A DNA stretch of 64,000 nucleotides, from assembly GCA_000092065.1 (NCBI GenBank), contig CP000593.1; one strand, given 5' to 3'. The stretch comes from Ostreococcus lucimarinus. Lineage: Eukaryota. The notes under the pieces are model-generated. The model had not been told where the DNA came from, searched no databases, and saw nothing but the letters and a program-made list of their open reading frames with translations. The position numbers were made by a program, and so were the translations under genes. Shown one piece after another: positions 19,817 through 29,200 of the stretch (position 1 is its first letter; every line of letters begins with the position of its first letter).

Positions 19817-20623
19817 ATGGACGGCGGTGAAGTCGAGGCGGCGGCGCGCGCGCGCGAGGGCGACGCCGCGGGCGAGGCGGGACGCGACGGCGACGACGAG
19901 GGCGCGAAGGCGATGAACGCGACGACGACGACGACGGCGACGACGGGCGGCGACGACGACGACGGCGCGACGGCGAACGCGACGGCGGAGGACGCGCGCG
20001 CGATGCCGCACAACGCGGCGACGGTGACGCGGCCGGGAGAGGGGAAGGCGCCCCCGCGCGGGGCGGCGGTGCACATGACGGAGCGACAGTTGTACGCGTT
20101 TCGGCAGCAGATCGCGGCGTACGCGCACATATGTCAACAGTTGTTGCAGATAACGACGGTGAGCGCGACGCAACAGACGCCGAGACAGCGTGAGGCGAGG
20201 TACGAGGTGCCGGGATCGGCGGGCGCGCACGCGGGGGCGAACGCGAGCGCGCAGGCGTTCGCGGCGATGGCGGCGAGCGGGACGGCGAACGCGCAGCAGA
20301 GAAAGACGTACGAGGAGGGACAGCGCGTCGGACGCGGGGAAGATAAGGGCGTGCGAGGACCGAGATGGAGTGGAACGCCGGATCAGTACAAGATTTTGGA
20401 GGATTTGTTCTTGGCGGGCGAGCAACCGCCCGTGCGAGCGAGATTGACGGAGATTACGAAGCGGCTGCAAGAACACGGGCCCATTCAAGAACACAACGTG
20501 TACAATTGGTTTCAAAACCGACGGAGCAGGGAAAAGAAAAGGTTGGCGGAAGAACGCGCGTCGAACGATGCGGCGCTCGACAATCAACCGCTCGCGTCGC
20601 GGTACGGCGTGGGCGAACGATGA
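19817..20623 (+). CDS. WOX-family (WUSCHEL-related) homeobox transcription factor
   Basis: The homeodomain RWSGTPDQYKILEDLFLAGEQPP...EITKRLQEHGPIQEHNVYNWFQNRRSREKK carries the WOX-specific YNWFQNRRSR and the typical loop insertion. Upstream is a QLQ-like motif (ERQLYAFRQQIAAYAHICQQLL). Start taken at MDGGEVEA (ATG 19817); the real start could be elsewhere in the overlap. Confidence 0.75.
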   Translation: MDGGEVEAAARAREGDAAGEAGRDGDDEGAKAMNATTTTTATTGGDDDDGATANATAEDARAMPHNAATVTRPGEGKAPPRGAAVHMTERQLYAFRQQIAAYAHICQQLLQITTVSATQQTPRQREARYEVPGSAGAHAGANASAQAFAAMAASGTANAQQRKTYEEGQRVGRGEDKGVRGPRWSGTPDQYKILEDLFLAGEQPPVRARLTEITKRLQEHGPIQEHNVYNWFQNRRSREKKRLAEERASNDAALDNQPLASRYGVGER

Positions 20624-20693
20624 ACGACAAAGCGCGCGAGGTGTAATACGTAGCTACATACTTTTGCGAATAATATTAAATCGAATCGTCTGC

Positions 20694-21539
20694 TCAGTCG
20701 AGTTGCCCGCGGCGGCGCAATCGAAGCGTGATCTCTTCCAACCTTTCGCTCGCCGTGGGGTTGTTCGGCGACAACACTAAGCTCTCCTCGTAGCACTTGA
20801 TCGCTTCCTTGAGCTCCTTCTTCTTCTCGTACGCCTCGCCGAGATTGTTCCACGCCGTGACGTAGCCAGGCTGTAACGCCACCGACTTCTTAAACTCCAC
20901 GATCGCGTCATCAATCTTATCGGTATTGGAGTATCCAAACCCCAAAGCGTTGTGCACCAACGCCAAGTCCTGTTCGTCTCCGTCCCAGTTCTCCTCCGCC
21001 GCCTGCAAATTTCTCACCGCCTGCGTGAACACCTTCTTCCTCAACAAAATGCTCCCCATCTCGAAGTAATCCTCCGCGCTCGCGTTCCCCGCCCGTATTC
21101 TCTCACCCATTTTCTTCGCTTGGTCGTCCAACTCTCGACGAATCAGCACTTGTCGCACGACGATGAACCCGGCGCCGCCGAGGATCGCGAGCAGCGTCCC
21201 CAGGTAAAACGCCTGGATCCCTCCCTCGAGTTCCGCCGTCTGCGCGATCGCCCGCGCGTGCGCGACGTGCGTCGACGCCGAGGCGTAATCTATGTCACTC
21301 AGCGACACGCCGCGCGTCGCGTGCGTCGCGCCGCGTCGCGCCGCGACGACGACGCGCGCCGATCGTCGATTGGATAAAGTCGACGCCGGCGCGCTTCTCG
21401 CCGCGCCGGCGCGACGCGGCGGCGCGCGCGGCGGCGACGTCGAGCGCATCGCGAGCGTCGCTTCCGCGGCGAGCATCGTGGCGCGGGCGATCGAGCGCGC
21501 GCGAGGGTGTGGCGCTTCGCCGATCGCATCGCAGCGCAT
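20694..21539 (-). CDS. Plastid-targeted TPR protein with one transmembrane helix, Ycf37/PYG7-like (photosystem I assembly factor family)
   Basis: N-terminal S/R/A-rich presequence, then a TM segment (AFYLGTLLAILGGAGFIVV) and three TPRs (AEDYFEMGSILLRKK, LHNALGFGYSNTDKIDDAIVEFKKSV, YVTAWNNLGEAYEKKKELKEAIKCYEESL). This matches the Ycf37 layout. Confidence 0.6.
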   Translation of the reverse strand: MRCDAIGEAPHPRARSIARATMLAAEATLAMRSTSPPRAPPRRAGAARSAPASTLSNRRSARVVVAARRGATHATRGVSLSDIDYASASTHVAHARAIAQTAELEGGIQAFYLGTLLAILGGAGFIVVRQVLIRRELDDQAKKMGERIRAGNASAEDYFEMGSILLRKKVFTQAVRNLQAAEENWDGDEQDLALVHNALGFGYSNTDKIDDAIVEFKKSVALQPGYVTAWNNLGEAYEKKKELKEAIKCYEESLVLSPNNPTASERLEEITLRLRRRGQLD

Positions 21540-22067
21540 CGCGACCGCACTCGAACGCGCGCGATGTCGCTCGCGATGACGACGCGCGCGCGAAGCGCGC
21601 CGGTGGTGGGCGTCGATGCGCGCAGACGACGAGGCGCGAACGCCGACGTCAAGGCGCGCGCGCGATGCGTCGCGCGAGCGTCGGAAGCGAACGATGACGA
21701 CGATGGCATCCAGCTCGGAACGGCGAAACTGCCGCCGACGTGCGATGAAACCGCGCTATGCGATGCGCTGTACCAGTGGGCGAGCACACTGACGAGCTCG
21801 GGGCAAAATTTGCCGTTCGCGCTGTCGCAGCGCGTGGATCGGACGAACGATGGGTTTGAGTTGGCGTTTTTGACGGCGGCGAAGAACGGCGCGCCGGGGG
21901 AGTTGGCGGCGGTAGGGGCGATCGCGGCGAGCGTTGAGGTCGCTGGACAAGAGAAGGTGTTGATGATACGTGGATATGGGAATGTAATGAATTTGGTGGA
22001 CACGCCTGTGGTGATGGGGGCGATGCCGGCGGCGATTCGACGCGCCGTCGCGATGTCTTCGGCGTGA
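21507..22067 (+). CDS. Hypothetical small protein, possibly organelle-targeted (alternative start at 21564, MSLAMTTRARS)
   Basis: ORF with a conserved-looking C-terminal core (VLMIRGYGNVMNLVDTPVVMGAMPAAIRRAVA). No domain recognised. It overlaps the 5' end of the PYG7-like ORF if both use their first Met. Confidence 0.35.
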   Translation: MWRFADRIAAHRDRTRTRAMSLAMTTRARSAPVVGVDARRRRGANADVKARARCVARASEANDDDDGIQLGTAKLPPTCDETALCDALYQWASTLTSSGQNLPFALSQRVDRTNDGFELAFLTAAKNGAPGELAAVGAIAASVEVAGQEKVLMIRGYGNVMNLVDTPVVMGAMPAAIRRAVAMSSA

Positions 22068-22189
22068 GTAAAGAGTTGGCGTCTTACGCGTTTGATTTGC
22101 GTCTTTTCGGCCGATATTCGCGGTCGTCGCTCTTGTACAGCGTTGCATAAATTAATTTTACATATTTAGATCGCGCGACGTCGCCGCGC

Positions 22190-22966
22190 CTACGCGCGCG
22201 GCCCAGGAACGATGCTATTATAGTGCACTTCTGCAAAGAAGGACAGCCATAAACTTCTCGGCGAATTCACATCGGCGCCCTCTTTTGGTGTAATCTCGAT
22301 GAAACCGTGCTCGGAGTACGAAGTTATGATGTTTATATCGACTCCGTACGCATCTGCCGCGGCTTGCAACGTAATGTGATCGCCCCACTCGCCCGCGTTT
22401 GACATTTTCTGGACGTATTCGTCGAAATCGAGAGGAGCGGCGTAAGGCGCGTAGTCGTCCGGATTTCGCACCAATCGATCGCAAACTGCCGCGCGGACGG
22501 CGTCGTGATTTTCTCCCCCATCCCGAAATAATTGATCACTGAGCGCTCGAAACTGACAGTTCCCATCGCCAGTGATGATTTTTTCCCGAACGCCGTAGAA
22601 GTCCAGACGCAACAGCAAGCGTGAGTGGTCAGCATCGACTACCGCCGATGCCGGTGGGCCTGTCGTAGATGCATCGACGACGAAATCGTTCAATTTCGGC
22701 ACGAACGCATTCTTTAACGCAGACCGCTCGCCGATGACGTCCACGAGACCGGCCTCGGCCTCCGCCACGGCGCGCGCGATGGCTCGGTCAAGTTCGCCGT
22801 CAACGTCCAAGACCAACTCCTGTGCATCACTCAAGCTCCTGGCGAGCGCCGCGTCGCGCTCAATTTGTGCGTCGATACTTGCGACGTCGCGTTCGTCGAT
22901 CGATAACGCCGCGGCGATGGCAGCGTCGTCGATGGTCGAGTCTTCACCGCGCTCATTCGTCCCCAT
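22190..22966 (-). CDS. OTU-domain cysteine protease (deubiquitinase) with two N-terminal ubiquitin-interacting motifs
   Basis: OTU catalytic motifs GDGNCQFRALSDQL and HYNSI. Two UIM-like motifs: DDAAIAAALSIDERD and ERDAALARSLSDAQE. Confidence 0.8.
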   Translation of the reverse strand: MGTNERGEDSTIDDAAIAAALSIDERDVASIDAQIERDAALARSLSDAQELVLDVDGELDRAIARAVAEAEAGLVDVIGERSALKNAFVPKLNDFVVDASTTGPPASAVVDADHSRLLLRLDFYGVREKIITGDGNCQFRALSDQLFRDGGENHDAVRAAVCDRLVRNPDDYAPYAAPLDFDEYVQKMSNAGEWGDHITLQAAADAYGVDINIITSYSEHGFIEITPKEGADVNSPRSLWLSFFAEVHYNSIVPGPRA

Positions 22967-23203
22967 GGCGAGACAGTTACTCCGCGGTGGCGGCGAAGAA
23001 ATAGACGTCGCGCAGCGCTTCTAATACGTGACGATGCGAAACATTTCTTTCACCTCCACGTCGATGATTCGCGTCGCGGAGCGCGCGCGGACGGGGACGC
23101 GCGCGATGCAAAGTGAGGAGACGCGAGCAAGCGCGGGCACGGTGTTCGTATCAAAGCTTCGTATCAAAGGTCAGAGTCTTGATGCGCTCGGCGAACCGTC
23201 GTT

Positions 23204-26200
23204 TCACGACGTTGCACAGAACGCGGCGTCTTCGGTGAAGATGTTAGCGATGGTGACGTTCTGCTCAGGGAGCTGTAACGCCAAACCGTCGATGTGACGA
23301 ACGGTGAAGAGGGCGCTCGATGGACCGCCGACAATCCAGCACTCGGCACAGAGAGAGATATCGCGGAACGTGAGCTCGACGCCGGCCTCGACAACTTTAG
23401 CTTCGACGTAGACGCCACAGCCATTGTCATCGCTTGATGGTGGTCCATCGCGAGATCGCACGCCGACGAAGATGCAATCGACGATGAAGTCTTCTGGAGG
23501 CGCGACAATCGGAGCTTCGTTCGCAGCAACGACGATTCTCTCAAATGGAAGCATCACGGCGACACCATTCAGGCAGATTTGATCGCTCACGCGTCCAAAA
23601 TTGATCGCTGTTCCTGTAACGACAGCTTGAGAACCACCTTCGCCGCGTAAGAGCTGGAGACTCAAGCGTGCGTCCGTCTCGCGTAAACGCTCTGGCGCGG
23701 ACTCCGTCGGACAAATCGTTGCGTCGTCGGGTGAGCACGTTCTCGAAAGTCCATCGACCGGAATCGGCGCCGGAGTCGGTGTGGATGGCGGTGCACCAGG
23801 AGGCAACTGTGCGCCCGGTATTACCGTAATCGTCGACGCTGGGATCTGCACAGGGACACCAGGCTGAAGAGTGAAGTAAGTCGCGGAATCCGGAGCTGGA
23901 GGCGTGGGCGATGATTCTGTCGGAGGCGTAGGCGTAGGCGTTGGCGTAGGCGTTGGCGAAGGCGTTGGCGTAGGCGTTGGCGAAGGCGTTGGCGAAGGCG
24001 TTGGTGAAGGCGTTGGCGAAGGCGTTGGTGAAGGCGTTGGTGAAGGCGTTGGTGGTGGTGATGGCGATGGTGGAGACCTTTGCGTAGGAAACCATCCGCT
24101 CGTCCAAGGAACGTCCGGACCTCGATCCCATGCGGCAATTTCCGTAGGTCCACGCTCCGCGGTGTATCCACCGCCAATCGCCCGTTTCAACCAACACGAG
24201 TGATATGCAAAGTCTTTGCAATCGCCGGTACAGTAAACCCACGTATCACAGTCGCGCGTTCGAAAGCATGCTTGGCAACACGCCTCTTCGGTATCGACGA
24301 TGAATTTTGAGCCATCGCGAAGAAGTATGCCTTTGAGGTTCAATCCTTTTTCGCCGTTGCACACGAGACCGTTTACCGGTGTTGGCGTCATCGGAGGTGA
24401 AGTCGGAAGCATCGCAATTGGCTCAACGAGTTGTCCTTGTATGTCTCTTCGACAAGTGGGGTTTCCAACCGATGGCCCAACGTAATCAAAACGCGCGCCC
24501 GAAAGCGATACAACGCGAAACAAGGTCTCATTGTCGCCCTGGAGTTTGCATCCAGCACACAGCGTGACGTTCGACAGGGAGACTTCGAGCAAAGTAACTT
24601 TCGGCAGTGGTCGTCCACTCGCCTCGTTGAAGACGCCGTCGGGTGCGTACGATGCCATGCGGAATTGAAGCCCTGCACAAGGTTCGAGGCTCGGAGTGCG
24701 AGATTCGCCGTTCACGACGGTTATCATCAAACACTCAATGGCGTACTCGTCGAAAGGATTTTGAACTTCTCTCCACGTACCGTTGATGTCATTTACCCAC
24801 GAACTCAGCACGATTGGGATGTTGACATCAATCAACCGAATCGCACCACCGTCGTTGTTTACTCCAATCGAGCCGCGGAAATCATAGCGGTTGAATGGCG
24901 CGACTCGGAAGTCGCCACCGACGTCGACGCGTTCACCAAACCACGACAGCGAGGCTTGAACGCGTGGAAGGACATCGAGACAATCCACGGGGCGTCCTCC
25001 ATCTGAGGTTTCGCCGTCGAAACCGTCGCGAAAAGATGGACGTGCGTATTGCGTCAAATTGAAGCCAGCGAGCGGTCGTAACGGCGCGATCGATGGTGTG
25101 ATGTCTGTGCGATTTGCGTCGCCAAACTGGTCTTGATCTGGAAAGAAGGGAATGCCACCAAAGAACTGTAGCAATTTGCGTCGTGAATCGTTAGGAGGAC
25201 TCTCGAATACGTCTGTCCAACTACCTCCGACATCGCATTGAAGCGCTCGAATCGTTGGCGCGAGTGCGTCGAGTGTCGCCTCTGATTCATGCTTTGCGGT
25301 GAACAGTTTACCATCTTGAACACGTCCCGTGATGGCGGCATCCGGAGGAATCGTCAAGTTTGCAAGTGTTATTTTGATACCGGCGATACTTTCTTCAATC
25401 GTCGCGCGATCGCACAGCGTATCATCTAGGACTTCTCCGCGAGCGGATATGAGCGAGAGTCCAGCGCATTCCACAGATGGAACGCTCAAAGCATCAACGA
25501 ATTCATTCATGTTACCTTCCCGACGTCGATAGCCAATCACGACCGTGACTTCAGGAACACGAATTGTGCTATTCGCGCAACAACCGATTGCGCCGAGAAC
25601 GTCGTAATCGGTCGAGTTTGGCCGCGAGGCGACGACGAGAAAGTTCTTCAGTTCTCGGACCGGATCGCACTCGCTGCGTCCAGGCGTGTCGCTTGGAATC
25701 ACTTGACCGTTTTCAACGACAACACCGTATCCTTCAAGCGGGCGTGTAATGGGTGGAGTGTCCGTTCCGATCGGAATCGTCGGATCGGTGTCATTTCCGG
25801 GCCGTTCAACGACGATGGTTTGAACCCCTAATTCCTCGGAGAGCGCCGGGCAGGCTTCCGTCAAATTGAACCCGCATCCTAGCGGCGTGAACCCAACAAT
25901 CTCTCGCAAGAACATGACGTTATCGTCGGTGATGAGTGTGAAATCATCGCACAGACAGCTTTCGTTGTGCAATCGAGCTGCAGCGCCGCAGCACGGTGCA
26001 AAATCAGAGATGCGTGGTATCACTCCGACATCGTTTTGCTGAATCGCGCTGCAGTATTTCCGCGTCACGTCAATCGTATCGGCGCAGGAGATGTCATCTC
26101 GCAACGCGCCACCATCGTCAACAATGCGCTCCCACTTTTCGTCGGGGATGACGAACTCGGGTACCGCAGTCGGAGTGCTCAAGAATTGCGTCAAAAGCTG

Positions 26201-29200
26201 CTGATCCTCGCACACGTCACCGACTTTGATTCTAAAACCGCACGCAAGAGGCGTAAATGCTGAAAGTTCACCTACGGACGGGCGGATGCCTTCGAAACTT
26301 TGAATGAACTCTGGAACGCAGAAACATCCAGCTTCATCCAAGTCGCTCAGCGCAACGCAACAACTCGGGAACGAAGCAGGGTTCGGACCACTGATGGTCG
26401 CAGTTTCAAATCCCACGCACAGTTCTTCGACACGTGGGATATTCGACACGCACAACGATGTGAGCTGCGAGTATTCCGAAGTCGGTACGAGAGCTATGAC
26501 ACGAACAAGGCGTTCTGCGGAGACATCGCATCCACCTGAGTCACGCACTCGGTAATACACGCGATAAGTGCCGACACGACTGGTGTCCACTTCGCTTGTG
26601 TCTGCCTCGATTGCGTCTGAAATGTCACCGTCGAGTTCATCCGTCGCAACAGCCCCGGGGTCAACGTACAGCGAGTTGAGCAAGACTTCATTTTGCACTG
26701 CATTTGGTCCGCCGACGAGACGTAGCGTTGGGCATTCATCGACTGGAGGTGGTGGACTCGGCGGTGGCGGTGGAGGCGGCAACGGTGGCGGCGATGGTGG
26801 AGGGGGGCTTGGTGGCGGGGGGCTCGGCACTGGAGGCGGCGGTGGTGGACTCGGCGGCGACGGCGATGGGGGCGATGGGGGTGGTGGTGATGGGCTCGGT
26901 GGTAGAGGACTCGGCGGCGGCGGCGATGGAGAAGGCGGGCTCGGCGGCGGCGGCGATGGAAGCGGACTCGGCGGCGGTGGCGATGGCGGAGGTGGACTTG
27001 GAGGCGGACTCGGAAAGCAAGACAGGCCGGAAACGAGCTCAAGTCCAGAGTCACAGAGAGTCGGTGCAGTGATTTGAACGGTGCGAATCGCATCACCGAG
27101 TTCGTCGATGATGGCTGTATCGCAAAAGCAACGCTCGACGTTCATTCCCCTAACAATGTCGCAGCATGACGGATCGAAAGCTTCGTCATTTTCGATGCCA
27201 AAAATTGATCCACATCGACCTTGTAAATCCTGAAGAAGTCGGAGACAAGTAGGAAGAATCGGAGGGGATGGAGATGGCACCGCCACCGGCGGTGGAGGTG
27301 GCGGCGATGGAACTTCCACCGGCGGTTGCGGCGGAGGTGATGGCGATGGAACTTCCACCGGCGGTTGCGGCGGAGGTGATGGCGATGGAACTTCCACCGG
27401 CGGTTGCGGCGGAGGTGATGGCGATGGAACTTCCACCGGCGGTTGCGGCGGAGGTGATGGCGATGGAACTTCCACCGGCGGTTGCGGCGGAGGTGATGGC
27501 GATGGAACTTCCACCGGCGGTGACGGCGAGGGAGGTGATGGTGATGGAACTTCCACCGGTGGAGGAGGAGACGGTGAAGGTTGCACGATCGGAGGCGATG
27601 GTGGTGGTGATGGCATCATGACTTCAGCGCCGACTACGCCGCTTGTCCATGTCACGTTTTCCCCGCGTTCCCAAGCCGGCACCGGAATCGTTTCCACATC
27701 TTCTTTCGAAAGCTTCTTCAGCCAGCATTCGCCGAACTTGTAGTCGTAGTACTCGTTGCCACAGCCATCGATAGACGCGCAGAATACCCAAGCATTGCAC
27801 TTTTTCATTTTTTTGCACTCGGCGCAGCATTCGGTTTCGCTATCGACAACCAAGTCCGAGCCGCTATTCAACGGATGTCCCTTGTAATTGGCGTTTTCTT
27901 CTACTCGACACCCCTCAATCGACGGGACGGGTTCAGGAATTCGATCGACGAGCGAGCCACTGACCCAAGGAACGCCGTCGCCTCGCGCGATGGCTGGTGG
28001 TTTTTGAGGGTCGCCGCCGACGAGAAAAAGTTTCAACACACACGTCTGGTAAGCGAATTCGCCATCGCATCCGCTGACGTCATCGCAAAAGTTCCACACA
28101 GCACACGCTGGATCAGCGAGGCAAGCGTCGCAGCACGCGCTCCAAGAGACTGCGTTAACAATTGAAATCTGGATTCCGTCGTAGTTTGCGTTTGTCTCTG
28201 CTCGACATTCTTTGCGCTCGTTTGATGTATCAAACGGCACTGGCTCCACTTCTTTATCACGCAGCGCACCGGAGATATAAGTCGCGTTTGGTCCACGTTT
28301 GCCAGGAATGGTGTCTTGAGAAATGATTTCCGGTGCGGCGTACTTGAGTTCGCAGGATGAGTACGAATAAGCGAACTCCGATCGCCCGCATCCGTCGTTG
28401 GCGGTACAGAACGTCCACACGTTGCAGTTTGGATTTTCTCTACAGGCTAAGCAGCAAGCTTCGGGAGATGGAACCAAGAACAAACCAGTAGTGAGTGTAG
28501 ATCCTTCGTACTCTGCGTTTGCCTCCTCGTCGCACGGGCGGACGAGCTCCGCGTCAGTCGGCCCGTCGCCCCGCGGAAATCCAGCGCAAATCGGTTCGCG
28601 TAAACCATTCGGCGAAATTTCTGTGCTCGAGAAACCACGACCATCCGCGTACGAGAGATCGAGAACGACGTTGTTTGGACCACCGACGATGAAGCAGCCC
28701 GGGCACAGCACTAAATCATCACCAAAACTGAGTTCTACGCCTCGTTCGGTAACGACGGCTTTGCATGTTGCCGCGGCGTCGCTCATGGGTACCGATGAGA
28801 TCGGATAGACGATTTGCAACCCCTCGCACGCGGCTTGCAACTGAGACTGCTCGTAGTCTCCGCCGAGATCGATCGCGAACGTCACCTTTGACGCGTCAAG
28901 AGTGCTGCACGAGCGATGTCCGACGATGCCGCGAATTCGAGCGACGCCGTCTTCAATCTGAGACTCGAGAGTGCTGAAGACGACGTCGAGAAGACTCGGA
29001 CACGCACTCAGCATGATTTGAGCGTTTGGATTCCAGCCAAACGTTGACGTTGGTGCGACACTTACGATTGAGGATGCGGTGGTAAACGCGCTGGGATCGC
29101 ACGTGGGATCGAGCGCGCGCACCGATTCGGCGTCAAGCACGCGCGATTCGCGATCTCGAAAAGAAAACAAAAAGTTCGAGTATCCTCCGGCGAGGAACTC

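Noticed and set aside
19523-20587. Upper two-thirds of the 668-codon minus ORF 18581..20587 (RRRR/RVRR-rich)
   Set aside because: Only the C-terminal 313 codons, from MSSPVILTGL, carry a real RING-CH domain. The upstream part is poly-Arg low complexity antisense to the WOX homeobox gene.
23541-24242. ORF 23541..24242 (-) with NAFTNAFANAF repeats, and 23904..24203 (+) with GVGEGV repeats
   Set aside because: These are alternate-frame or antisense readings of the hexanucleotide repeat that encodes the PSPTPS track in the giant gene. They are not independent genes.
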